Source: Nemertoderma westbladi
Lineage: Eukaryota; Animalia; Xenacoelomorpha
DNA length: 47,802 nucleotides
Assembly: GCA_032718475.1 (NCBI GenBank)
Contig: JAUCBJ010006439.1
Coordinates: 1-47,802 of the forward strand
Direction: 5' to 3'
A model generated the notes under the pieces. It did no database searches and had not been told where the DNA came from. It was given only the letters and a program-made list of their open reading frames with translations. This document shows positions 23,321 to 35,129 of this stretch, piece by piece. Numbering within the stretch: the first letter of the stretch is position 1; each line of letters begins with the position of its first letter. Made by a program: the position numbers and the translations under genes.

Positions 23321-24295
23321 ATGATTATTCGCGGAGTTTGGTTTATTTTAGTTTTGGGTGTGGTTCAAGTCACGAGCACTCGCAACCATGCTGGGAACGA
23401 CCGCCCGGTAATAGGAATCGTGGCCCAGGACACCTGGGGTAAAACGGCAGCTTACGGAACCTCGTACATAGCCGCGTCCTACGTCAAGTATGTGGAGATG
23501 GGCGGGGCGCGTGTCGCACCCATACACGTCAACCAATCGGACGAGTACTATGTCCGCATGTACAAATCCATCAACGGCCTCCTGCTGCCGGGAGGAGGGG
23601 TGGACGACCTGATGACCTCGAGCTACGGCCGTGCTATACGAGCCATATACAGCCTAGCCGAGGCGGGGAACAAACAGGGCGATTGGTTCCCTATATGGGG
23701 CACCTGTCTGGGTTTCGAGATGTTACTAACCATCGCCGCAGGGGGCGCCAAAGTGACGACCGGAACAGACTCTAAAAACCTAAGTTTGCCGCTGAATCTC
23801 ACTGATTTTGGTGTTAAAAGTCGCATTTTATCTGAAATTGATCCGAGACTTTTACAAGAAGTAGAAAGTAACCCATTTTTATTTAATTTCCATAAAGTAT
23901 CTATTACTCCTGGAACATTCAGCAGCAGCAGCGGCATCTCGGGTTTGTACAACTTGTTGGCGACTAATCGGGATAGGAACGGGGTGGAATTCACATCGAT
24001 GATAGAAGGGCAACACCAACCGTTCTACGCGACTATCTTCCACCCCGAGAAGAATCCATTCGAGTGGCTAACCAAAGAGAACAGCGACCATTCCGTAAAC
24101 GCGATCCGGTTCTCGCAATATCTGGCGACGTTTTTCGTTCAGGAAAGTCGTAAAAATGGCCACAAGTTCCCGAGTGTTGAGGAAGAGAACTCCAGTCTCA
24201 TCTACAATTACCGACCGACGCCGGCGTCTCAGTTTTCCTCTTTCGAACAGACATACTTCTTCAGAAGTGGTAGAAAACGGGTTATAGTTGTCTGA
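23321..24295 (+). CDS. GGH: Gamma-glutamyl hydrolase (peptidase C26), intronless, with signal peptide
   Basis: 324-aa ORF with a hydrophobic N-terminus, NDRPVIGI, YIAASYVKYVE.GGARV, INGLLLPGGG, catalytic WGTCLGFE and FHPEK, and C-terminal LIYNY.P...FEQTYFF. Confidence 0.95.
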   Translation: MIIRGVWFILVLGVVQVTSTRNHAGNDRPVIGIVAQDTWGKTAAYGTSYIAASYVKYVEMGGARVAPIHVNQSDEYYVRMYKSINGLLLPGGGVDDLMTSSYGRAIRAIYSLAEAGNKQGDWFPIWGTCLGFEMLLTIAAGGAKVTTGTDSKNLSLPLNLTDFGVKSRILSEIDPRLLQEVESNPFLFNFHKVSITPGTFSSSSGISGLYNLLATNRDRNGVEFTSMIEGQHQPFYATIFHPEKNPFEWLTKENSDHSVNAIRFSQYLATFFVQESRKNGHKFPSVEEENSSLIYNYRPTPASQFSSFEQTYFFRSGRKRVIVV

Positions 24296-26431
24296 ATGGA
24301 TTACAGATGCACGAAGAACAGATTCAAGTAATATATTGATTTCAACAATAATATCTATAAGATGATAAAACATACTTTCAAATTCGATAGACTATTAAAT
24401 AATGATTAGTTAAACAATGAGTATGTCGGTTATTATATTTGCGCAGTGGTTATGATTTTATTCCAATGATTATTATTTAAAGCCGCCAAATTCACAGCCT
24501 ATTGTTATATTTATACAGCCATTCAAACTCTAGATCACAACATAGAAAATAGACTGATTAGAATATAAATGTAAACGTTAAAGTACTTTACAGTGTTCTG
24601 ATCATCTGATCTTCGTGATTTCATTTTAACTTACTCGCTACGTTCTGCCCTGTAACAAACCATGAAGGTCCTACCATACTGGTAAGTAAATAGATACTAG
24701 TGAAACCCTTTCCGGTAGGAGATAAATAAACATCTTCCCTTTTCCAATATTAAAAAACGCGAGGAATTTTTCGTGATATAGTAACATGCCCCGCCCCGTT
24801 TCAATTCCCAAAAACCGCAATATTAACCAGTAACCTGAACCTGATGTTCTTTACCCAATCCTTCTGCAATCTGTCCTTTTTTGTAACTTTCCTCTGTAAC
24901 GTCCGATAACCGTATCCGATTTCCGATTATGTTGATTACGCTGTGCTAAGTTACTCATCCAAAAGCTACTGGAAGCCACCCAAACTGATGATTGGACAAA
25001 TTATACTGTTAGCTACCCAATTGCATGGAAGCAAGGATCAAATAAATTGGAATTGAACAAAAATGTGATCGGGACACAAAATATTTAATCATTTTCACTT
25101 TGTAGGTTAAACGGGATGTTTGTTCTGGATAAGTTTATTTTACTAGCAAACTTTATTTTGCTCCAATGCTCTTTTATTTTACTGCAATAAATTGTATAAG
25201 ATGTGTATTAGTATAGGTATCAGGACACGCTACAGTACATACTACACAGCAGCTCCATCTAACTAATTTTCACTTGTCAGTCGAGAAATTCTATTGACAT
25301 TTTTACATGGAGAATTTCATTTTTTTTTAATTTCTCATTATGAAGTGTTTTATAGCGCTTATTTCTATTATTATATTACTATTATATATTATATTTCATA
25401 TACTAATTCGTTTATTGTTTATTGCTGAAACCTGGGATTTATTTGGTCTGGTATTCTTCTAATGGGGGTACACTGCAATATGAAATATAAAAGTAGAAAG
25501 ACTGATATACTTCACATTCACCCCAAAGCCTTGCTTGCTTGCAGAAAGCCTTCTGGAAGGATTTGTCGCTTTGACTACAACAAGCCTTCTGAAATGTTAC
25601 AGGTAGCGTATAGTAGGCAAATAAATGGATAGTACATGTACAATGTACAACTGTACTCGGGCCATGTTTTATTGTCTATACAATGCGCTAACAGACATCT
25701 ATATCAAACTTCCATCGGCGTTCTTCGCCATCAACTTCGCCTGCCACAACGTCGCGGTACAGTATAGGTATAGGAATTCAGAAAGAAATAGAAACTTATT
25801 TAACTAATACATAGAATGTAACCTGTCCGGTGGACAGCCTGGACTAATCAGAATGTGTTTGTACTGAAAGTTTGTTCATTGTTCCTGAAAATAAGAAACC
25901 TCTTTCGTAGTACTAGTACAAGTAAATATTCCAAAATTTATAATAAATTTATAATACTTTCTTCCTGACATTTTAAAGTAAAATGGCACATATATATTTT
26001 CCCTGAATGCGAAACACGAAACAACGTTAATAGCGACAAAAAATAAATTATATTACTTATCATCTGATATATAAAAAATACTTTTACTGTAATGTAAGGC
26101 GATATACAGTATTATTTGCCAGCAAGTATATAGTATTTAAATGAACAATAGAAAATAAAAATAACATTATTCATTAATACTTTTTCGAGAGATTTATATA
26201 TTGTAATTAGAGTTATACATCAGTGAAGAAATGTTGCATCTAAAAGACAGTAAGAGATTCGCGCATCGCTCGAATTTTCAAGATACAATACAATTAAATG
26301 ATAAAAATTATATGCTGAGTTTACATGCCTGGCTGCCTCACCCTGCCCATCTTAAGGCTTAAACAGTTTAGACCAACACCTGCTTAGCCGGCTGGCCAAT
26401 ATTCACAAGAGTTTATTAGTTTATTATAACA

Positions 26432-27900
26432 CTAAGCAACAAAAGGAGCTAAACATCCACGGCAAAGCTTAACTGCTGCCGAGTAAATACTTCTCCTCTT
26501 GTCCTCCGTTGCTTCCAGGACAGCTATTGGGGCGCGATTTACGTATGGCTCAGCGTCAAGGTTGGTAGACCTAATGTCGAGCAACGCCTGAGCCTGCGAA
26601 TTAAACGCGCCCCGAATGGCTAAATCGCAGCGGAGACCATCCCCTTGTCCGGATGGATCGGTGTGTTGCTCCCGGACCACTGGTTCTCGAACGATGTTGC
26701 GTGGTCCGAAAGCTACCACTGGGTCCTGGAGCTAGTTGTGTCGCTGGATCACTAGGCTCCCCCCATATTTATAGTTCAAGCCGTGATTTAGATCAAAGGG
26801 GCCCCACACACGTCGCAGCGGCTAGGCACTCCTGTGACTGGTCGTCCATAATCGAATGGTAACACACATGGGGACAGGTCAAAGTCATGTTGACTCAATG
26901 AGAGGGTAGGGATCCAGCTGGTCGTCTTAAATTCCATGGCGCGTCGTATTGTTCGGCTGCGGCTATCGGGAAAGGTGTCAAGGATCTCCAAGCTTTCAGT
27001 TTTTTCAGTCTTTCGATGGTCTGGGCGTGAGCGCTTGCAAGTCTGCCAGTCTCAGTCTTGCGAACCTCCTGGAGACACTCTCGGTGACTGGCCATCTGGA
27101 ACTCCTCTTCTGCAATGATGGGACTCGCTTCAGGTGTCTCGTGGATGAGGAAGGGGATGTAAACTCCTGGTTGGCTTCATCCCTCAGGTTGTTTGAGTTC
27201 CAGTTGAGTTTGAGTTTGAGTTGTGTGAGCTTCGTCCACAATCTCCGAGCTGACAACCAGGCAGCAGCACTTGCTGGGTTCTGGTTTGTATTATGAACTG
27301 TGGGCCGAGTTTGAGCAGATTCACAAACCAGTTGATGAGTGATGAGAGATTCGCTGCCCCAGAAGAATGAGCTGCAAACCAGTTCTGGTAAACCATTGGT
27401 TATATAAGGTGTATCTTGGGAGCACCCCAGCAGCATAGAACAGCATCGCAAGAGAGTCTCCTTGGGCCGCTCCATCCTCACTGAAAAGATTGGCATTGGT
27501 TCTTTGGACAATAAGCATGGTGTGGTCGAGGTAGAAGTTAAAGAGGGACATTGAGCACGGTGGCCACAAACACCATAGATTCCACAAAGCTGCTGCCCTG
27601 TTAAAAGAGTTGCTTCCATTAATACACCTACACCATCTTCCGCTCATTGATCTAACAGAGAGAGTGGACAGCATGTTCAACTCCTGCTGAAGTTTCTGCT
27701 GAGAGCTGTTCGGCGCCACATGTGGCGGTAACCGTAACCGTGGCAGCAGCAGGTGTAGCCTGGGCCCCGTACCAGAAGATAAAGTTATGCCAGTGGGTGA
27801 AGTCTGCACCAACAGGCACACCATGAAGACTCCTGGCCACAAGTTCAATGTGTGTATCTGTCACATCTACCTCGACTCGGAGTGGCATGTCCTCTTCAGC
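26432..27900 (-). mobile_element. Degenerate CRE-like (restriction-like endonuclease) non-LTR retrotransposon
   Basis: Frameshifted RT motifs QLSA..SAGVEHAVHSL, NSFNRAAALWN..LWP, SEDGAAQGDSLAMLFYA; a zinc-knuckle start (CDVCG); endonuclease motifs LRCDLAIRG...LDIR...EDKRRSIY...APFV. Confidence 0.85.
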
Positions 27901-28137
27901 TGCATGTCAAAGTAAATTTATACTGGGGGCGGCTGCTGCGAGATACTTACTTAAACATTTTTTTAAATAAATTTTTAATATTTTCAATCTTATATATTTC
28001 ATTATAGAATAAAGTTTCAAAATTAAAAGTGATTACGTTACAAAATTAATTAGAGTGATTATGAGATTAATATTATAGTAATATTATGCAGAATCGACAG
28101 TTACATATTTTGATTTTCTTTCCTGTCATATCATGTC

Positions 28138-29735
28138 TTATATTGTTTCAATTTTCAATGAATCGCTACCTATTGAGGGTTTTGGGCTGCATCGATTCCG
28201 TATTGACCAATGGAACTTATTTCCCGTCTTCTTTGAACTCTTCGTATCCTGGCCGGAATCGTCGTTTCCTCCAAATCCAGTATTTTCCGGTGTGCCGTCT
28301 CTTTTTTCCGTTCTACCACACTTTTCTACCTCCAAAGCGGACTCTTCGTCGTTCGTTAACGGAATGCTATCGACAGCATTTGAACTGCAAGTGACATCGG
28401 GGTCCGCCATCAAATGATGTATGCTGCGTCGGTGTCGCCAAATTAGAAAAACTATTATTATAATTATAAGGAAAACTAACAGCCCAATGCAAAGCGGGAT
28501 AACCAACGTTCGATCGGATCTAGATTTTAGCGAGGCTTTCCCTCCATTAGAATTAGAGAATGTAACCGTTTCTCCATAAACTGTGATTCTTTTACCATCT
28601 TTATTATAACTGTATGCGATCACTCGCGTGTCGTACGCTTCTCCCAATTCCAGATTATCTATCATCGACTCTTGGGGTAGACGCCACACTGGAACGTCAT
28701 GCGATGTTGTCCAATGTTCAGCTGATTGACTCATTCTGGTGGCTGATTTGGACCTCCTGTACTGTATAGCATGACCTTCAACTCTCCTCCCATCTTCTGT
28801 GGGTTTATCCCAACCAAGAATTAATCCTCCATCAACATTCCCTTTTAATAATGGTTTGCCTGGGATTATAAATGACCCGTTAAAATCAGCAGTGAGCACA
28901 AACCCATGTGTCTCTCTTACAACGTATTGGCGAACTGTTCGAATCGAAACCCGATAGAATATAGAAGGAGTTAGATTCCTGAACACCTTTTCGTTTTCAG
29001 TTGTAATATCGCTCCCACTGCTTTTATTATCCAATCGCATGCATCCGTACTCGTAGGAAACAATGTAATGAGTTATTTTTTCAATAGATGATGGGGGTGT
29101 CCATACAACAGCGAATGCAGCAGACAAGCCATAGAAACGGAGATTTGTAACTGCCCCCGTCTCGTTAGAATTTCCACCTTCAAACGTTCTTTCATCCATG
29201 TTATCAAGTTCCACAAAAGCGAATTCTGGGTCTCCCTTGCCATTGTTACCTTTGCAAGTGTACCATTGGTGACAAGCATTGTCGAGGTTAGATATTTCAA
29301 GAATGGAAAGGTGTGGGTTTTTATCAGATTCGATATATTTGTAATGGGTATTCTCACCACGATCCAGACGGTTTTCACCTTCAATCGTATATCCTTGATA
29401 CCAGGTGAAGTTAACTGCTGGTGTTCCGAATATACCGCAGTTAAGTTTCGCCGTACCTATTCCAGTCACATGTACATCATTACGAAACTCATGGAGATAT
29501 TCACGAACTAATATAAAGAAATCAACGACTGAAATTCCAATACTATTTTTAGCTCGGCATTGAAACACATTAGAGTCGTTATATGTAGCCCCTGTTAATT
29601 GAATGGTTGCTTTTTCATTGCCACGAGTTAGCGTATATCTTGGGAGGCTAGTGACCTGTTCCTTCCCATTAACCAGGATTTCTATATTCCCATGCTGTGG
29701 TTGATTTGGCATTACTTGCCATACCCGACTCCCCA
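28138..29735 (-). CDS. 3' part of an Ig-superfamily cell-adhesion-type receptor: partial Ig, Ig, 2 FN3, TM, cytoplasmic tail
   Basis: DSNVFQCRAKN, LNC...FTWY...LEIS...WYTC (Ig); VVWTPP...YIVSY...NLTPSIFYRVSI and LGWDKP...NLELGEAYDTRVIAY (FN3); TM LVIPLCIGLLVFLIIIIIVFLIW followed by RHRR. Candidate acceptor tttcaatag| at 29736-29738. Confidence 0.85.
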
Positions 29736-29849
29736 CTATTGAAAATTTTAAGTGTTTGTAATAAATAATATAGTATTTTTCATAATTTAATATTTTTTGT
29801 ATAATGTATTATATTTTGAGATTTGTATTTTAATTCCTGCCTTTTTACT

Positions 29850-30050
29850 ACTATCTCGCAAGATGAACTCAGCGTACTCTACAACGGTATCCTACATACG
29901 AACAAAATTCAGCTTCGCTATACAGAAGTCACTGAGTATGTGCCCACGCGATTGTAGATCTTATTAAGACCACAATGTCTCAACCTTTTACCGAAAAGCG
30001 AAACAGGTACTGCCTCTGCCACAGTCGCGGCTGGCATCGACGTGGACTAA
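29850..30050 (+). mobile_element. 3'-terminal fragment of a CRE/RLE-type retrotransposon
   Basis: Translates LSRKMNSAYSTTVSYIRTKFSFAIQKSLSMCPRDCRS, matching the K....YS.....R.RLSFA......CLRGSR terminus of RLE elements. Confidence 0.6.
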
Positions 30051-30412
30051 ATTAAGACGATATTACCAATATTTGACGATGGCATTGATACTCAATATTG
30101 CTGCACTTGCATAATTCCATGGAGGTATTTTAAATTTCCAGTTTATTTTATGACAATTTTTTGAGATAATTTTAAAATTTTGAGGAGTAATAATTATTAA
30201 ATGGTAGGTTTTTGATATTAGCTAGTATTATTAATCAGAAATCAGTGATGGTCCTTGGTATTTACAGTTAAAGTATTCTGTAGACGGGGAAAACGCCAAC
30301 AGAATAATGGGAGATTCCCCAATTCTTTGGGATGTTCCCCAAAGAACCTCGGAGAGAATGCGAGGGGATAATGCGAAGGGTAATGAGACAACAGATGAAT
30401 CGCAATAATTCA

Positions 30413-30902
30413 GGGTGCAGGACGTGTGGCGAAGTGGGCTCGGGTTCAAGGATGCAGGAAGTTGGGCGAAGTGGGCTCGGGTTCGAGGATGCAGGAAGTT
30501 GGGCGAAGTGGGCTCGGGTTCGAGGATGCAGGACGTGTGGCAAAGTGGGTTCAGGTTCGAGGATGCAGGATGTGGGTGAAGTGGGCTCGGGATCGAGGAT
30601 GCAGGACGTGTGGCGAAGTGGGCTCGGGTTCGAGGATGCAGGACGTGTGGCAAAGTGGGCTCGGGTTCAAGGATGCAGGAAGTTGGGCGAAGTGGGCTCG
30701 GGTTCGAGGATGCAGGACGTGTGGCAAAGTGGGTTCAGGTTCGAGGATGCAGGATGTGGGTGAAGTGGGCTCGGGATCGAGGATACAGGACGTGTGGCGA
30801 AGTGGGCTCGGGTTCGAGGATGCAGGACGTGTGGCAAAATGGGCTCGGGTTCAAGAATGCAGGACATGTGGCGAAGTGGGCTCGGGTTCGAGGATGCAGG
30901 AC
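30413..30902. repeat. 37-bp GC-rich minisatellite, ~13 copies (gaggatgcaggacgtgtggcgaagtgggctcgggttc)
   Basis: Direct tandem units; a variant block is itself duplicated. Confidence 0.92.
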
Positions 30903-31499
30903 ATTACGTCAGTTTGGCAAATTATTGCATCTCAAGATCAGAGGGATATAAAGCGCTATTATATTATCAGATAATCAATAGTTATTTCACTTGGGTAAAT
31001 ACATTACCTGATGGGAGAGGGTTCCACTGCAATATTCGGTGGACTGAGGAATGGTGCTACTGTTAATACAGACTAGAATAGTGTGGTAGCTTCCGTTTCC
31101 ACGTTTTAAAATATATTGTAAATAGATCACATTCTTTTTTCACTGAACGGCAGACCTTAAATTATTCCGCAATAAATCGTTGCAAATTCACGGGTGTTGA
31201 AAACCCACCCTATAGGTGTGCTTGTTGTTATTGATTAATGTTAAGCAATATTTTTGTTGTAGATGTTAATTAATATTGACCTCGTCGTTAAAGATAAGTT
31301 AAGTCACGACAGAGTCCCTAAAAAGGGACAAAATGAAATTTATATTTTTTTTAAACTTGAGAGTTCAAGATAAAAAATATATTTCAAAATGTCCCTTCAG
31401 GGTCTCTGTAGATACCTTTCATCACGCACTGTTAGAATTTAATAAAAACCAATCTATGTGCAAATTACCATATATAACGAATTATTGTAGGCCGTCAAC

Positions 31500-32614
31500 G
31501 GTGTTCGGACACTTCCCCCCCGGACAGTTCCCCCCCGCTCAAGTAGGACACTTCCCCCCCGGACACTTCCCCCCCGCGGACACTTCCCCCCCGACTGTTC
31601 TTAACTTCGCACATTCGTATTTTTCATTTTGTAAGGTAAACGGTCCGCTTATATCCAGATAAATTGTATCCAATTTTCCTTTCGTAGCTCAGAAAGTGAT
31701 CTTTTGCATCCCGATTTTACATTTTATATCCAAGTTTTATTTATGGGTATCAATGCAATTACATCGTATTGTTTGCAAATCTTTAAACAATTAATTATAT
31801 TAGATGACCTATAAATTCCATCCCCGGAATGATATACTGTTTTTATTAACTATAGAATTATAATAATTAATTGTTTTAATTATAGGTATTATTATGTAAT
31901 AGTCTTCTTCAAATTGTAGCAGATGGGGATGAATATTATTGTTGCAATCAAAATTATACCTCTCCAGGGTAAAATCGACATGCGTCGACCTGTATTCTGT
32001 GTTCAGCATTACATAATGATATACATATTACTACCCTTCATACTATATAGATATTATACACACTACATATTAAATTTCCTGGTTACTTGCAATATTTTTA
32101 ATAGGATTTTGTTGAATTATATAATATTGTTGTAATTTATATATTAAATTGGTTAACATTCAATACAGCTCCTACTTTAGGCTTAGTCAATTTATTATCT
32201 GATGATACAAACATGAATTAATTATTTCAAAGTGGTCTTAAATCTTTCACCACAGGCACTCAGGGAAATGCCGGGGTCTGGGGGCGATAACCTCCAAGAA
32301 AAAAAGCGGGGGTTTGAGGGCGGCAGCCCCCAATTAAAAGAAATTAAAAGAATTAAAGGAATTAAAAGAAAAACAAACAAAATTTGACTATAAAAATGTT
32401 TCTTTTATAATTTTGAAAAAACTTGTCTAGATACAACTTGTCCTGTAACCATCTTTAACTTTTGTTTATTGCTTTGATGCACCCAGATTAATTTTAACAC
32501 TTTAACTGGGGGGGAAGTGTCCGGGGGGGAAGTGTCCGGGGGGGAAGTGTCCTAGTTGGGCGGGGGGGAAGTGTCCGGGGGGGAAGTATCCGGGGGGGGA
32601 AGTGTCCTAGATCC
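31500..32614. mobile_element. Non-autonomous Mutator/Foldback-like DNA transposon with modular TIRs and 8-bp TSD
   Basis: The left end has repeated GGACACTTCCCCCCC and the right end has repeated GGGGGGGAAGTGTCC. CCGTCAAC occurs at 31492-31499 and 32615-32622. The interior is AT-rich and non-coding. Confidence 0.85.
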
Positions 32615-32622
32615 CCGTCAAC

Positions 32623-32965
32623 ATGTAAATGTCTGTCTTTCCGTCCACTCGATATACTATAATTACACTAAATACATCCCCGATTTCAAACGTAGGTCGT
32701 TCACACGGTTCCGTACCTTTTCACATTCTCTGCGTAGCGAGAATGGAACGTGGACTCGTACGCCACCCAGTGACCGAGTATGTTCTTGCGACCTCACCAC
32801 AGTACAAAATGAGTAACATGTTTTGGTTAATTGCCCTATAACTAGAAAATTAGACGAAAGGTTCGGTCTCACAAACTTCAGCTCTGTGAACGCCCTTTTC
32901 AATGGTGCAGCACATCATACTCTATGTTCTTTCTGTTTTGAAGTGGAAAAAATATTCCCGTAGGT
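32623..32965 (+). mobile_element. C-terminal CCHC fragment of a LINE ORF2 (pseudogenised)
   Basis: LSVHSIY...RRSFTRFRTFSHSLRSENGTW...RVCSC...QNE*HVLVNCP, the typical LINE R..FR.S.H.L..E.GRW...R.C.C...E.H....CP motif, with an internal stop. Confidence 0.75.
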
Positions 32966-33702
32966 AGTAAGTGAAACAATTAAATGTACATATTTTAAAA
33001 TTTACATACACTTTTCTAAGAAATATAATGGAAGTAATATTATTTTGGACAATTATTGTTATGTCATCGTCATTTGTAATTTGTATTTTGGATTTGTGAG
33101 TTGCCCTTATTAGTTGATTGTTATTGTGCACGTGCTATTTGTGAAATATTTGTCAATAAATTTATATATATATATATAAAGGCCATGATTATAGCATTGA
33201 ATTACATATTAATTAATCACTGCCAAAACTAATAGAAATAAAAAATGTTTCAGTAATAAGCTATAAATGTTTCATATAAAACACAGACCAATATATACAA
33301 ATTAAAGTTTTGTGGTTTTTTAAAGCGCACTAGCCATCGTAAAAAAAATTGAAACACATAAAAATTTTAACTTAATGTGTATTAACATATAATTCATAAA
33401 AATCTTAATGATGTAATATTATGGTTTTGTTCAGAAATGGAAAAAACAAGGAAGCACCTCACCGGTCATTTTTTCCATTTCTAAACAAAACCATGATATT
33501 ACATCATTAATACAGTTGCATAAAATGTTCAACTCCAATCCATTAAAAATCCTAAGGAACAAATACGAAAATTACAACATAATGAAAAGTGAAAATATTC
33601 AGAAAAACGTGAGGAGATGGGAGGGGGGGGGGGGGGGGGGGGGGGTGGCGGCAGGTAAGCCAATTAATACGTGTTGTTCATATTGCTTCATTTCCATCTC
33701 AC

Positions 33703-34840
33703 AGCTTACTTCGAGGTGATCCCCGAGCCCAACAACATGGTCAAATACTTTCTTAAACTGCGGAGGAGCGCGGACAGTTACAGTAAAGTTCCGATAAACA
33801 CCGGTTTTAAGTAATATGCACTGGTAACTGCCCTTAACTTTCATATCAATATTAGATGACCGTAAGAAATTGGAATTTGGCAATCTTTGAAATTCAACCC
33901 CGTCGGGTTGTTCGTATACCCAATATATCCGTTTCACTGATTTAAATTCCATTACTTTACCATCACGTCTCCACTCAATAACATCATTAAAACGATCCCA
34001 TTCTACGAAAGGGCAGATCATCAGTAATCTGTTGTCTCCCTCATATACATCAATAACTATGTTGTTGGATTTGCCGTCATAGAAATACCCAACAGCGGGC
34101 GCGGACGATTCATCATCGTCTTTCTGTACTATAATCTTCCTTTCCAAGCGAAGTGAATTAGAATACGCAGTACCAGAGCGCAAATACGGTATTGCGCGGC
34201 ACTTGAATGTCTTCCCAAAAAAAGACTCACCTTTTATCTTCCGGATGTGAAGAGTCCCTTCATTATCGACATTATACAATTCCGGATTATCCCCGGGCAG
34301 AAAATGTTCATCGCCCCAATCAAACACTAGCCTCGACTCATTTATTGGACACGGAATTGAAATGGATGAACCTGATTTTGCGAAGACGGCCTTTACGACT
34401 GCCGTCAGTTCTGGCAGGTTAAACATCGTGTAATTAATATAGTTAGACAAAGAAGTACCATATTTATTAGTAGCTTTACATTGATACAATCCATTTCTAA
34501 TGTTATCCTCCTTCAACACAAACGACTTATTATTAATAATATCAATAATATTTTGCGATGCAATTTCATTTGTTCCGTTGTAGAGGTGCACATCATTGCG
34601 ATTGGCCCACTCATATTTACACGATGGTATTTCCTTGATCGTGGCCCTCAATATGTCTTTATATATGAAGGCCGTTGACCTCCAATGGCGGGGATTGATA
34701 TTAACCTTCGGTGGTGCGTCACCTTTTAAAATTATAGAAGTTCCATCAGCAATAGTAATAGAGAAAGATTGGCATCGGCTAAAGCACAAGTTCAAAATAA
34801 CTACAATAATAAGTAATAAATAGAAACGATACAACCCCAT
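33703..34840 (-). CDS. 5' part of an Ig-superfamily (L1/neuroglian-like) protein: signal peptide, 3 Ig domains, start of a 4th
   Basis: ATG at 34840 with a signal peptide; GLYQCKATNKYGTSLSN, GSSISIPCP..W..EGTLHI..FKCRA, IEWRRDG..GSYQC..FTVTVRAPPQF..GDHLEVSC. The 3' boundary is uncertain: donors at 33709 (gtaagc) or 33702 (gtgaga); the ORF itself runs to 33599 through poly-G. Confidence 0.8.
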
Positions 34841-35129
34841 TTATTATTGGCTTTATGACCCGTTACACAAATTTTAATAAGCCGCGAATAATCAATAACA
34901 TAATTTCATATATAATATAAAAATATGTATTTAATGTAATAAAAGTACTATTCTAGTAAATATAATAATGCCATAAATAATTTTACTAAATAGTATAGTA
35001 AACAAACACATTACAAATATTACTGAAATAATAAAATGTTGGCGGGAAATTCAAACTCATTATTCAAAATGTTAAAGGATTAGATCAGCTCGTAGCACAT
35101 TGCAATCGGCGGACCCCCAACAATGGGTT

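Noticed and set aside
30231-31066. Cluster of 66-182 aa ORFs
   Set aside because: They derive from the 37-bp minisatellite read in shifting frames and show no domain similarity.
33599-33700. Poly-proline C-terminus of the 413-aa Ig ORF
   Set aside because: It is encoded by a G23 homopolymer beyond the end of Ig similarity and is most likely intron or insert read-through.
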